Assembly (NCBI GenBank): GCA_051648545.1
Contig: JBOFFI010000035.1
Coordinates: 4,225 to 68,224 of the forward strand
DNA: 64,000 nt
Origin: Alphaproteobacteria bacterium
GTDB lineage: Bacteria; Pseudomonadota; Alphaproteobacteria; Holosporales; JBOFFI01
Reading direction: 5' to 3'
The first letter of the stretch is position 1, and the number at the start of each line of letters is the position of its first letter. Below are positions 8,254 through 17,513 of this stretch, piece by piece. A program made the position numbers and the translations under genes. The notes beneath the pieces are model-generated. The model was not told where the DNA came from. It saw only the letters and a list, made by a program, of their open reading frames with translations, and did not search any database.

Positions 8254-9528
8254 ATGGAAACGTATAAATCTGATTTTTTGAGAGAAGTAACCCGCCGAGG
8301 GTTTATCTATCAAGGGACTGATCTGGGTGGCCTTGACCGAAAACTGCGTGATGGGTGTGTGGTGGCTTATGCGGGGTTTGACGCAACGGCGCCAAGCCTT
8401 CATGTAGGGCATTTGTTACCGATCATGCTCTTCAAGTGGTTTCAGCAAACGGGCCACAAACCGCTGGTTTTGTTAGGGGGTGCGACCACGAAGGTGGGGG
8501 ACCCTACAGGGAAAGATTCAGCTCGCCAGCTGCTTTCAGATGAGACGATCGCCGAGAATATGGCCTCGCTGGGGCGGGTGTTTGAGCGATTTCTCGCCTT
8601 TGGAAATGGCCAGACCGATGCCAATCTTTTCAACAATTCAGACTGGTTAGAAAAGCTCAGCTACATTGATTTTTTGCGGGATGTAGGCACCCACTTCACC
8701 GTTAATCGAATGCTTTCTTTTGAAAGTGTGAAGCTGCGCCTGGAGCGTGAGCAACCCCTCAGCTTTATCGAATTTAATTATATGCTGCTGCAGTCTTACG
8801 ATTTTTTTCATCTGGCTGAAACCCATCAGTGCACCTTGCAATTGGGGGGCTCTGACCAATGGGGAAACATCGTCAGCGGGGTTGATTTTACCAGACGGCG
8901 CTTGTCTAAAGAGGTATTTGGCCTGACCTGCCCGTTGATGACCACAGCAGATGGCTCAAAGATGGGGAAAACGGCCCAGGGAAAGGCCATTTGGCTGAAC
9001 GCAGATCAGTGCTCCCCTTATGACTATTGGCAGTTTTGGCGGAACACCCATGACCAAGATGTGGGGCGCTTTCTTAAATTATTCACCTTCCTTTCCATGG
9101 ATGAGATTGAAAGGCTTGAAAAGCTTCAAGGCCAAGATATCAACGCGGCGAAAAAAATCTTAGCAGATGAAGCAACCAGCATTTTACATGGATCAGAGGT
9201 CTTGCCTGAAATTCACATCCGGGTGAAGCAAGCCTTTGACGGCGTTGTGGATGATGCATCTGGTTATGGAGTTGGCGCTACCCCTGTTTATGCCCATGAA
9301 CTTGCTTTAATCATGTGTTTGGAAAAAGCGGGCCTCGTTCCATCAAAAGGCGAAGCGCGGCGATTGATCCGCGCTGGCGGGGTGCGCGTTCAAGACCAAC
9401 CCATTTCAGATGAGCTGTTTCAGCTGACCCCGCAGCATTTCGCAAACGGGCCTGTGAAGCTTTCAGCCGGGCGCAAGCACCATGTCTTTTTAAAGCTGAT
9501 AAACGGTGGTGAGGAGCCTTCTTCCTGA
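8254..9528 (+). CDS. tyrS: Tyrosyl-tRNA synthetase
   Basis: The track ORF opens at 8143. The ATG at 8254 gives METYKSDFLREVTRRGFIYQGTD..., a typical TyrRS start. HIGH-like motif PSLHVGHLLP, KMSKS-like KMGKT, and a C-terminal S4 domain (RRLIRAGGVRV). Confidence 0.88.
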   Translation: METYKSDFLREVTRRGFIYQGTDLGGLDRKLRDGCVVAYAGFDATAPSLHVGHLLPIMLFKWFQQTGHKPLVLLGGATTKVGDPTGKDSARQLLSDETIAENMASLGRVFERFLAFGNGQTDANLFNNSDWLEKLSYIDFLRDVGTHFTVNRMLSFESVKLRLEREQPLSFIEFNYMLLQSYDFFHLAETHQCTLQLGGSDQWGNIVSGVDFTRRRLSKEVFGLTCPLMTTADGSKMGKTAQGKAIWLNADQCSPYDYWQFWRNTHDQDVGRFLKLFTFLSMDEIERLEKLQGQDINAAKKILADEATSILHGSEVLPEIHIRVKQAFDGVVDDASGYGVGATPVYAHELALIMCLEKAGLVPSKGEARRLIRAGGVRVQDQPISDELFQLTPQHFANGPVKLSAGRKHHVFLKLINGGEEPSS

Positions 9529-10469
9529 TGTTTTCCCGCGGTAGGGTGGGGCTTCAGATAGACCCGCCCGAGACCTTTAATTTTAAAACAGATACGACGT
9601 TTTTGTTGGCCCTTGAAGCCCAACGGCGGGGGTATAGCTTGTGTTATTACACGCCAGAAAACCTGACGTGGCAGGAGGGGTGCCTTTCAGCAAAAGGGGC
9701 AGAGATACAGTTTTTCCCCGAAGCGCCTTTTTTCCAGAAAGGGCCGCTCCAAACCTTTGACCTCAGTGCGCTGCAGGTGATTTTGATCCGTCAAAATCCT
9801 CCTTTTCACATGGGCTACCTGACGCCTACCTATTTATTAGAAAGGCTTTCGCCGGGCACTTGTGTTTTAAATCCTCCAGGGGCTTTGAGGAATTTTCCAG
9901 AAAAGCTGTTACTGCTTGCGTTTCCAGACCTTATGCCGCCCACCCTTATAAGCAAAAATCGGGAGGCTCTTGAAGCATTCCGAAAAATCCATGGGCAGAT
10001 TGTGTTGAAACCGCTTTACGGCTATGGAGGAAAGGGCGTCTTTTTGCTTTCCCAAGATGACTCCAACGCAGATAGCCTTCTTGACCTTTTTTTACAAGGG
10101 GAGGAGCCTTTCATGGCTCAGCGATACCTTCCAGAAATTCGAGAAGGTGACAAAAGGGTTTTCATGTTAAACGGCAAAATTGCAGGATTTTTCACACGAA
10201 AGCCAAAACCCCAGAGCATCCTTTCTAACCTGGTTGCGGGAGCGGAAGCCTTGCCCACCACGCTAACCTCAAAAGAGCAAAAAGCTTGTGAGCGCATAGG
10301 GGGGCTTCTCCAAGTGCACAACATTTGGTTTGTGGCGGTTGATTTTATTGGAGGCTACGTCACCGAGGTGAATATGACCTCCCCCACAGGTATTTCCGCG
10401 TTTAACGCGCTTTCCGGAAGGCAGCTGGAAAAAGAGGCTTGGGATGCTTTAGAGGAGCATTTTTTGTAA
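9528..10469 (+). CDS. gshB: Glutathione synthetase (ATP-grasp)
   Basis: 313 aa. The start overlaps the tyrS stop (TGATG). N-terminus DPPETFNFKTDTTFLLALEAQRRGY and EGDKRVFMLNGK are typical of prokaryotic GshB. Confidence 0.88.
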   Translation: MFSRGRVGLQIDPPETFNFKTDTTFLLALEAQRRGYSLCYYTPENLTWQEGCLSAKGAEIQFFPEAPFFQKGPLQTFDLSALQVILIRQNPPFHMGYLTPTYLLERLSPGTCVLNPPGALRNFPEKLLLLAFPDLMPPTLISKNREALEAFRKIHGQIVLKPLYGYGGKGVFLLSQDDSNADSLLDLFLQGEEPFMAQRYLPEIREGDKRVFMLNGKIAGFFTRKPKPQSILSNLVAGAEALPTTLTSKEQKACERIGGLLQVHNIWFVAVDFIGGYVTEVNMTSPTGISAFNALSGRQLEKEAWDALEEHFL

Positions 10470-11003
10470 ATTTCCAGCCAAGCGCGCTTTCAATTTTTGA
10501 AGGTAAGCAAATCGGTGATAGGCATAAGAGGCTTTTTCCAGATCTAGCTTTGTTTTGAAAATGGCGTCTAAATTTGTATACGCTTTTTGGGTAAGGGTTT
10601 CAAGATGGGTTATAAATTCAGGAGCGTTCTGAGCCTGCTGTTCTGCTTGTTCTTGAAGCTCCATCATCTCTTCAAGAAGCTCTGTGCCACAGGCCTCAAC
10701 AGGCGGTAAAGGCCAGACCTTTTTTGCTTGAAACAGAGCCTCCGCGCGGGTTAAAGGGTCTTTTAGCCTATGATAAGCTTGGGTTACTTGGGAAGATAAG
10801 CGCGTGGCTACTTGTTGAGCGAGGGGAGAGGTTTTCAGCCTATCTGGGTGAACGCGTTGCTGAGCTTCCAGATAAGTTTGCTCTAAAGCAGGCAAATCTA
10901 ATCCAAAGCAAGGCTCTATGCCCAGGGTAGCAAACGCATCGAGGGGAAGCATCTCCTCATCAGACATGGAAAGATTCACCGCACCCGCATTTTCCTTTTT
11001 CAT
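10449..11003 (-). CDS. hscB: Fe-S cluster co-chaperone HscB (J-domain)
   Basis: 184 aa, or 172 aa if the start is the ATG at 10967. J-domain with HPD (QQRVHPDRL) plus a helical C-terminal domain. Confidence 0.75.
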   Translation of the reverse strand: MKKENAGAVNLSMSDEEMLPLDAFATLGIEPCFGLDLPALEQTYLEAQQRVHPDRLKTSPLAQQVATRLSSQVTQAYHRLKDPLTRAEALFQAKKVWPLPPVEACGTELLEEMMELQEQAEQQAQNAPEFITHLETLTQKAYTNLDAIFKTKLDLEKASYAYHRFAYLQKLKARLAGNLQKMLL

Positions 11004-11301
11004 TAGGGTTGCGAAACAGAAAGCCAGATTTCAGCGCGTCGTCTTGATAATCCATTTCAGAGCCAATTAAAAATAAAAGCGCACCTGGGTCAATGTAGAG
11101 GCAAACGTTATCAGGCAAGGCCACCACCTCATCTCCCTCAGATGCTTCGTCTACGTATTCAAGGGCATAAGCAAGCCCCGAGCAACCTTTGGTTTTCACC
11201 GAAAGGCGAACCCCTAAGGCAGGTTTTTGACGCGCCGCAAGCAAGGCGTGAATGCGAGACAGTGCTCCAGGGGTGACGGTTAGAATTTCTTTGCTAGCCA
11301 T
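10960..11301 (-). CDS. Iron-sulfur cluster insertion/A-type carrier protein (HesB/IscA/ErpA family)
   Basis: The track ORF starts at a TTG (11316). The ATG at 11301 gives MASKEILTVTPGA.... Has GCSGLAYALEY and a C-terminal CGCGESFHV. Confidence 0.8.
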   Translation of the reverse strand: MASKEILTVTPGALSRIHALLAARQKPALGVRLSVKTKGCSGLAYALEYVDEASEGDEVVALPDNVCLYIDPGALLFLIGSEMDYQDDALKSGFLFRNPNEKGKCGCGESFHV

Positions 11302-11319
11302 GGTATAGGTCCCCAAAAG

Positions 11320-11643
11320 CTAAAAAGGTAATTTAAGGCCACCGGGAAGCTTTAGATCACCCGTAACCTTAGCCATCTCTGAGGAAGCAAGGGCCTCGGC
11401 CTTCATGCGAGCATCATTAAATGCCGCGACCAAAAGATCCTCTAAAATTTCTTTTTCTGAAGCGATCAGCAATGAGTCATCAACAGAAACGCTTTTGACC
11501 TCTCCCTTTCCTTTAAACTTCACAGAAACTAAGCCGCCCCCGGAAGCGCCTTCTACTTCAAGATGGTCCAGCTTTTTTTGAACTTCTGCCATCTGGGCTT
11601 GAAGCACCTGTGCTTGTTGCATAACATTCTTAAAAGGGTTCAT
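11320..11643 (-). CDS. ybaB: Nucleoid-associated protein YbaB/EbfC
   Basis: 107 aa. ASGGGLVSVKFKGKGEV and the C-terminal LPGGLKLPF are typical of this family. Confidence 0.85.
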   Translation of the reverse strand: MNPFKNVMQQAQVLQAQMAEVQKKLDHLEVEGASGGGLVSVKFKGKGEVKSVSVDDSLLIASEKEILEDLLVAAFNDARMKAEALASSEMAKVTGDLKLPGGLKLPF

Positions 11644-11752
11644 TTTTAAAGGCTCCTTCTCTCTGATTTACGACTCACACGACCTCTCGCCAGTATGTCA
11701 CGTGGGGGGCGTAATGACAAATAGATTTTTCATGAGCTGGGGTGGTCTAAAG

Positions 11753-11788
11753 CAAAAAAGGAAGCCTGGCAAAGGCTTCCTTCTTTTT
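11753..11788 (-). terminator. Rho-independent terminator downstream of dnaK (bidirectional shape)
   Basis: 7-bp stem GGAAGCC/GGCTTCC (11760-11780) with a 7-nt loop. It is flanked by an A6 run on one side and TTCTTTTT on the other, so a U-run follows the hairpin on the minus-strand transcript. Confidence 0.6.
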
Positions 11789-11827
11789 CTTATGTTTCTT
11801 GATCATCCAATCGCCAGGGACGAAACA

Positions 11828-13750
11828 TTATTTCTTTTCAGAAAGGTCTTCATAATCTGCATCCACCACAGGACCTTGAGAACCTTTTTCGCCTTGGGGA
11901 GATCCGGCTTCTTCTCCTGCGGCATCTGGTTGCGCGGCATCAGATGCGTTTTCTTTATACATGGCCTCTGCAAGGGGATAAGAGGCTTGCAGCAAGGCAT
12001 CAGAGGCAGATTTAATCACCTCTACATCTTCTCCTTGAAGGGCAGTGCGCAATTCTTCAAGCTTCGTCTCAAGAGTGGCTTTCACTTCAGCAGAGACTTT
12101 GTCGCCATGGTCTGCCAGGTTGCGCTCGGTCCCATGGAGGGCGCCTTCTGCTTCGTTTCGCACTTCCACCAGCTGGCGGCGCTTTTTGTCTTCCTCAGCG
12201 TGGGCTTCTGCGTCTCGAACCATTTGTTCAATGTCTGCATCGCTCAAACCGCCTGAAGCTTGGATGCGAATCTGTTGCTCCTTGCCTGTTGCTTTGTCCT
12301 TTGCAGAAACGCTGACAATCCCGTTTGCGTCAATATCAAAAGTCACCTCAATTTGAGGCGTGCCCCTTGGCGCTGCAGGAATCCCGACCAGGTCAAACTG
12401 CCCCAACGCTTTGTTGTCTGCGGCCATCTCTCGCTCCCCCTGAAATACACGAATGGTGACTGCTGTTTGTCCATCTTGAGCGGTTGAGAAAACCTGAGAT
12501 TTTTTGGTTGGAATGGTGGTGTTGCGGTCAATGAGACGGGTGAAAACACCCCCCAGGGTTTCAATGCCTAAAGACAGAGGGGTGACGTCTAAAAGCAGCA
12601 CATCCTTCACATCACCTTTCAAAATGCCCCCTTGGATAGCAGCGCCAATGGCAACCACTTCGTCTGGGTTAACACTCCGATTAGGTTCACGGCCAAAAAG
12701 ATTTTTGACGGTTTCCATGATTTTGGGCATGCGAGTCATCCCCCCAACCAAAATCACTTCCTGTATCTCGGATGCCTGAAGCCCAGCATCTTTTAAAGCT
12801 TTTTTGCAAGGTTCAATGGTTCGCTCCACCAAATCCGCCACGAGGGTTTCCAAACGCGCCCGGGTCAGCTTAACATTCAAGTGCTTAGGCCCAGAAGCAT
12901 CCGCCGTGATAAAGGGAAGATTAATGTCCGTCTGCATGGCTGAAGAAAGTTCAATTTTCGCTTTTTCAGCAGCTTCTTTCAAGCGCTGTAACGCCAGTTT
13001 GTCTTTGCGCAGGTCGATCCCTTGCTCTTTTTGAAATTCATCTGCGAGGTAGTCAATGATGCGTTTATCAAAGTCTTCTCCGCCCAAAAAGGTGTCTCCA
13101 CTGGTGGCTTTCACCTCAAACACACCATCCCCTATTTCAAGGATGGAAACGTCAAAGGTTCCGCCGCCTAAGTCATATACAGCAATAAGACCTGCTTCTT
13201 TTTTTTCCAAACCATAGGCAAGGGCTGCCGCCGTTGGCTCATTGATGATGCGTAAAACCTCAAGACCCGCAACGCGCCCGGCATCTTTGGTGGCTTGCCG
13301 TTGGGAGTCATTAAAATAAGCAGGAACCGTGATAACAGCTTGGGTGACCGAAGTTCCCAGATAATTTTCCGCCGTTTCTTTCATTTTTTGAAGAATGAAC
13401 GCACTGACTTCGCTGGGGCTATAGCGCTTGTCGTGAGCTTCCACCCAAGCATCCCCATTATCTCCCTCGACAATTTTGTAAGGCACCAGGCCTTTATCTT
13501 TCTCAACCAAAGGGTCTTTGTGCCGAAGGCCAATCAATCGCTTAACGGCAAAAAAGGTGTTTTCAGGGTTGGTCACTGCTTGTCGTTTAGAGCTCTGTCC
13601 TACAAGGCGCTCCCCCGAATCTGTAAAAGCCACCATGGAAGGGGTGGTCCGCAGGCCTTCGCTGTTTTCTAAAACTTTTGGGGTTTGGCCGTCCATAATA
13701 GCGACGCAAGAATTGGTGGTTCCAAGATCAATACCGATAACTTTGCTCAT
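11828..13750 (-). CDS. dnaK: Chaperone DnaK (Hsp70)
   Basis: 640 aa. [13 protein letters not shown] and [12 protein letters not shown], with an acidic C-terminus. No dnaJ or grpE is adjacent. Confidence 0.95.
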   Translation of the reverse strand: MSKVIGIDLGTTNSCVAIMDGQTPKVLENSEGLRTTPSMVAFTDSGERLVGQSSKRQAVTNPENTFFAVKRLIGLRHKDPLVEKDKGLVPYKIVEGDNGDAWVEAHDKRYSPSEVSAFILQKMKETAENYLGTSVTQAVITVPAYFNDSQRQATKDAGRVAGLEVLRIINEPTAAALAYGLEKKEAGLIAVYDLGGGTFDVSILEIGDGVFEVKATSGDTFLGGEDFDKRIIDYLADEFQKEQGIDLRKDKLALQRLKEAAEKAKIELSSAMQTDINLPFITADASGPKHLNVKLTRARLETLVADLVERTIEPCKKALKDAGLQASEIQEVILVGGMTRMPKIMETVKNLFGREPNRSVNPDEVVAIGAAIQGGILKGDVKDVLLLDVTPLSLGIETLGGVFTRLIDRNTTIPTKKSQVFSTAQDGQTAVTIRVFQGEREMAADNKALGQFDLVGIPAAPRGTPQIEVTFDIDANGIVSVSAKDKATGKEQQIRIQASGGLSDADIEQMVRDAEAHAEEDKKRRQLVEVRNEAEGALHGTERNLADHGDKVSAEVKATLETKLEELRTALQGEDVEVIKSASDALLQASYPLAEAMYKENASDAAQPDAAGEEAGSPQGEKGSQGPVVDADYEDLSEKK

Positions 13751-13947
13751 AATAAATCCTCTTATTCCTCTAGCAAACTAACGTGTCCCTTTTTGGCGAA
13801 ACGTCAATTTCTTTTGTTTTCCAACACATTATCAAGCCAGGCGCCAAACCCAGGTTTTCCTGCAGTCTTCACGCACAAGGCTTGCTACCCCCATCATCGC
13901 AAAAATCTCCAAAAACTCAAGTCTTTTTGCAACAAAAATCGAGACGT

Positions 13948-14289
13948 TCAAAGGGGGGGTGAAACTTCAACAGAAAACCCTTGTTGAGCCCATGCTTCCA
14001 TCCCACCTTTCAGGCTTTTGGCGTGGGAAACTCCTTTTTCAAGAGCGAGCAGGGCTGCTTTAGTTGAGCGATAGCCATGGGCGCACACAAAAAGATAGGC
14101 TTTAGAGGGGTCTGCCTGGTCTAAAAAGTGAAGCAAGGGCATGCCTAAGGTAACATGCAACGCTTCGGCGACATGGCCTGTGGGACCGCGAAACTCTGCT
14201 TCTGTCCGCACATCCACCCAAACCCAGTCTTCACGCGAGGCATGGGCCAGGGCGGGAAGGAGGTCTGTAGATGGGGTTTTTTGGGACAT
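13948..14289 (-). CDS. Single-domain rhodanese (sulfurtransferase)-like protein
   Basis: 113 aa. Active-site loop CAHGYRS in the rhodanese context WVWVDVRTEAEF. Confidence 0.7.
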   Translation of the reverse strand: MSQKTPSTDLLPALAHASREDWVWVDVRTEAEFRGPTGHVAEALHVTLGMPLLHFLDQADPSKAYLFVCAHGYRSTKAALLALEKGVSHAKSLKGGMEAWAQQGFSVEVSPPL

Positions 14290-14312
14290 GGCCTTTTGTT
14301 CTACATTGTTGT

Positions 14313-14386
14313 TGGCTGGGGGACCTGGATTCGAACCAGAGTTGCCCGGTCCAGAGCCGGGAGTTCTACCGCTAAACTATCCCCCA
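14313..14386 (-). tRNA. tRNA-Gln (anticodon CUG)
   Basis: 74-nt hand-folded cloverleaf. Acceptor UGGGGGA/UCCCCCA with the Gln-typical U1-A72 pair. Anticodon arm CCCGG-CUCUGGA-CCGGG. T-loop TTCGAAT. Discriminator G and an encoded CCA. Confidence 0.85.
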
Positions 14387-14521
14387 TCACCTGATCCTTA
14401 AAAAGAAACAGAAAGCAGACCTCTCGTCAAGGCATTCGTCATCAAAAAAGAGGGATTTGTGAACTGGAAGGTGTTTAGGGCAGCCCCCAGGGTTTTACAA
14501 CCCAGGGGCTTTTCAAAAAAT

Positions 14522-15682
14522 TTATTTTTTTTCAAAGATTACAGCCACATAGTTTACGCCATTGTCCCATTTTTCGACTCTTTGTCCGTTTTTCGTCATG
14601 AAAAAGGTGTCGATTAAGGTAATTTCAGGAATTGCTTCTACAAGTCTCCCGTAAATCGACGGAGAAAGGGAATTTTGCATTGCCCGTTGATGAAGTTTTG
14701 TCACCTCTAACAAACCCGTCTGCGGATGGTAAATCGGATCTGCATCTCTGGGTGGTTGGATGTCGAATTTTTCAAAAAGCGCATTGTCTTCAGGACGTGT
14801 GACATTGGAATAGACAGACTCGCCAATCTCAAAACCGTGTTTAGTAGATGCTGAAAATTCAGCGTCGTACTTAACAAAGCCGGGGTAGAGATCCCCCGCT
14901 CTTTTTTGCTCAAAATAAAGCTTATACAAAGGGTCGTCTTTTTTAAAGAGAAAGCTATGGGCAAATAAAAAAGCTCTTCCCCCTGGGGCAAGTAGATCTG
15001 TTAAAAGCCTCATATAGCGTTGATGGTCTGCAGGGTTTAAAAAATGATCGAGATTTTGAACATAAATCGCGTCCACTGCCCCTAAAAGGTGAGGGTGCGT
15101 TTGAGGGATATCAAAGCAATTGCCAGGAAGCTTGAGCAACATCTCTTTTAAACCGGGGGTTTCCCGAAGCCGCTGATCTATGAGTGTGTCATACATCCGC
15201 TCCATGGCTGAAAAATTAAGATCATTGACATAGTGGGTTCCCCCTTTCTCTCCAAAGCAAAGGGGTACTTTCCAGGAAACAAGCCCTATGGCTGCAGCAA
15301 GCTCTAGGGTAACGGGCTTTTTTGCGTCTGAAATGTTCCTGATGTAGCGAAGAAACTTCGGTTCAAACGGCATGGTTGGAAATGTTTTTCCAAAATATCG
15401 CGTGTTGCCCGGTGTTTTGGGTATGGGTATCCCAGCCAAATGTAATGCATAAGGATTCTCCATCGCCGTCATGGCCACATTTTTTTGTATTGTCCTGAGG
15501 TGTGGGGTGTGCTGAGGGGCAACCCACGTTTTAAGGGTTTCCATTTTTGAAACCTCTGACGTCTCAGGGTCAAATGATGAGCTGTTTGTGTAAGCAGAGC
15601 TCCGCATCCCATACCCAGATGTTGCTGAGACAGCAGATAAAAAACAAATAGCCGTTAAGCGAAGAGATATTTTTTTTGACAT
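14522..15682 (-). CDS. Secreted protein with class-I SAM-methyltransferase-like motifs (function uncertain)
   Basis: 386 aa. N-terminal signal peptide (LRLTAICFLSAVSATSG). A degenerate motif I (VTLELAAAIG), an acidic beta-2 end (HYVNDL), AVDAIYVQNLDHFL and LLAPGGRAFLF resemble a Rossmann methyltransferase core. AT-rich flanks. Confidence 0.4.
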   Translation of the reverse strand: MSKKISLRLTAICFLSAVSATSGYGMRSSAYTNSSSFDPETSEVSKMETLKTWVAPQHTPHLRTIQKNVAMTAMENPYALHLAGIPIPKTPGNTRYFGKTFPTMPFEPKFLRYIRNISDAKKPVTLELAAAIGLVSWKVPLCFGEKGGTHYVNDLNFSAMERMYDTLIDQRLRETPGLKEMLLKLPGNCFDIPQTHPHLLGAVDAIYVQNLDHFLNPADHQRYMRLLTDLLAPGGRAFLFAHSFLFKKDDPLYKLYFEQKRAGDLYPGFVKYDAEFSASTKHGFEIGESVYSNVTRPEDNALFEKFDIQPPRDADPIYHPQTGLLEVTKLHQRAMQNSLSPSIYGRLVEAIPEITLIDTFFMTKNGQRVEKWDNGVNYVAVIFEKK

Positions 15683-16047
15683 ATAGGCTTTAATTCTTTA
15701 AAAAGTTTACTTTTGAACAGGTAGAACCTATCACGCGTTAAGTTTTAATGCAATATTTTTTGTCTAATAAAAAAGAAGACGACTTTTGTATCTCTTAAGC
15801 TCTCTCAAGCCTCTAAAAATCCTAGAAAAAAAAAGATTATAAAAATATTTTAATAATAATATCAAACAAATAAATCATTCATTTTTTATATTTTATTTAT
15901 TCATTTATGTTTCATTTGGGTTTTTTATATTAATTTGTAATGAATGGAAAATAAATGAAATAGAAAATAATATCTTCTGTGGTAATTGCGGCCTATTGCT
16001 TTAACAGTTTGCCTGTTTTGGCTGGTTTGGTTCCATTTGGAGGGGGG

Positions 16048-17421
16048 ATGGAAACTATGACAACCCCTGCGCCATTTTCTGCTTTTAATGTTTCTGCCAG
16101 GATGGGGCTTCATGGAGTGCAAGTGGAAAGAGACGCTTTTTTGAATTTCGCAGCAAAGAATTTAGAAGGAGGCATAAGGCGATGGGGAGCGCTTCAGGAA
16201 CAGACAACATTGTTGGAACAGCGTCACCCCGAACAAAATGCTGATCCATATCTACATCCCACGCAGATGGAAAGGAAGCCTCTCAAAAAGATTATATGCA
16301 CTACCGAGGGCAGAGACATTAAAGATGTGTATAGCCAGCTTTTTTCTAGCGATTCATCAAAAATCTCGTTTGCAGAATTGGTTTTTAAACCGTCTTTTCA
16401 AGACCAAGGTGCTTTAGGTATTTTAATAAAAGGAAATTTTGTGGGGAAAGATTTATCTTCAAAAGACTTTGCTTCCTTTTTTAATAATTCTGAAAATAAA
16501 TTTCTCTATGTGATGGCTGTAAATGAAACGAACCCTGACTGTATGATTTATCGAAAAGCGCAGAATAAGCCTATTTTTATTTTTCGCACCGAGAAGCGTA
16601 GCATCATGGATCGGCTTATAGATGACTTAGGCCAGAATGTAGATATGCACATCTCTAATTTTCTCGAATCGAACCAAGAAAACTTAATCTCCTTACAAGA
16701 CATAGATGAAAATAGTCAATACGCTTATGTTCGCTTAATGTCCAAAAATCCGAATAATGGTGAAACTGGTCTCATTGAGTCTGAAATCGGGCGCATTAAC
16801 CTCACTGCTTCCCAGTTTCAGGAACAAATTTCTGGGCTTTCGGAAAATCTTATCGTTGCTTCGTATTCACCAGCTAAAAATGAAATAACCTGTGCTTTGT
16901 TAACCCAAAATGGTTGCTTACCACTTCCAGTCAATGAGACTCAGGGAGGGCTTCGTGGTATAATCGCGGTGAGAGAAAATTTTTTGAAAAATATTTTTTC
17001 TAATGAAGGCCCTGCCTCTTTCCTTCAAAATTCTCACTGTCTTTTTGGAAGCCCGGCTGTGCCAAAAATCAGGTTAAGTGGCACCACCACTTCTACAACA
17101 ACCACGCCCCCCTTACCAATTGTTAGCTTAGGCTATGATGATTTTGAAGATCCAGTTGGCTTAGATTATAATAGTCTAGGAGATTATAATACCTCTCCAA
17201 GCAGCGTATCCCTGAACCCAGATTCACCACAAGCCTCGTTCTGGAGGCGGCATTTATCTAGCCTTATTGGAGGAGGGGTTGCTGTTCTAGGGGTTTTGGG
17301 TGCGTCGGTGGCTGGAATTTATTGTTGGTGCACAGCAAATAAGGAAAAAAGAGCAAGAAATGAGGCCTATGATGGGGAAATGTTTCCCCTAAGGCAGATC
17401 AGTGTGACGCCATCAAACTAA
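16048..17421 (+). CDS. Orphan protein with Thr/Pro linker and C-terminal transmembrane anchor
   Basis: The track ORF opens at GTG 15979. The ATG at 16048 follows GGAGG and gives 457 aa. Has TTSTTTTPPLP, a C-terminal TM segment LIGGGVAVLGVLGASVAGIYCWC, and a basic tail. I recognise no family. Confidence 0.6.
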   Translation: METMTTPAPFSAFNVSARMGLHGVQVERDAFLNFAAKNLEGGIRRWGALQEQTTLLEQRHPEQNADPYLHPTQMERKPLKKIICTTEGRDIKDVYSQLFSSDSSKISFAELVFKPSFQDQGALGILIKGNFVGKDLSSKDFASFFNNSENKFLYVMAVNETNPDCMIYRKAQNKPIFIFRTEKRSIMDRLIDDLGQNVDMHISNFLESNQENLISLQDIDENSQYAYVRLMSKNPNNGETGLIESEIGRINLTASQFQEQISGLSENLIVASYSPAKNEITCALLTQNGCLPLPVNETQGGLRGIIAVRENFLKNIFSNEGPASFLQNSHCLFGSPAVPKIRLSGTTTSTTTTPPLPIVSLGYDDFEDPVGLDYNSLGDYNTSPSSVSLNPDSPQASFWRRHLSSLIGGGVAVLGVLGASVAGIYCWCTANKEKRARNEAYDGEMFPLRQISVTPSN

Positions 17422-17455
17422 ATTTTGATAGAATTTTTTGAGTCATCCAGGTGGA

Positions 17456-17496
17456 AGGAATCCAACGGTACAAAGAAGATTGCTGGATTCCTTTTG
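17456..17496 (+). terminator. Hairpin terminator after the 16048-17421 gene
   Basis: 9-bp stem AGGAATCCA/TGGATTCCT (17456-17464 and 17484-17492) followed by TTTT. Confidence 0.45.
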
Positions 17497-17513
17497 CCTT
17501 AAGAAAAAGCCTA

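Noticed and set aside
10414-10425. CCGGAAGGCAGC, which resembles the conserved SRP (4.5S) RNA domain IV motif.
   Set aside because: It lies inside the well-supported gshB reading frame. The flanking sequence cannot form the SRP helix 8 hairpin.
11702-12256. 184-aa plus-strand ORF overlapping the 3' end of dnaK, plus other ORFs antisense to dnaK (12045-13987).
   Set aside because: They lie antisense to an unambiguous DnaK gene, are low-complexity and carry no recognisable motifs.
13751-13947. Search for a sigma32-type heat-shock promoter upstream of dnaK, and likewise upstream of hsp20 (5760-5900).
   Set aside because: CTTG- and CCCCAT-like pieces exist (for example GCTTGCTACCCCCATCAT at about 13880). 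Their spacing or strand is wrong, so no convincing promoter could be called by eye.
15705-15715. GTTTACTTTTG upstream of the methyltransferase-like gene, as a possible fourth copy of the LRR-gene upstream element.
   Set aside because: Only 7 of 11 positions match the CAAAAATTTAC core. It lies at a different distance from the ATG (about -25 to -45) and has no second ATTTAG box. In AT-rich DNA this is within chance.
17440-17470. Possible att-type repeat of the tRNA-Gln 3' end at the far border of the 14.5-17.4 kb pocket.
   Set aside because: Only an 8-nt match (ATCCAGGT) was found, and it is in inverted rather than direct orientation. That is too short to support an integration site.
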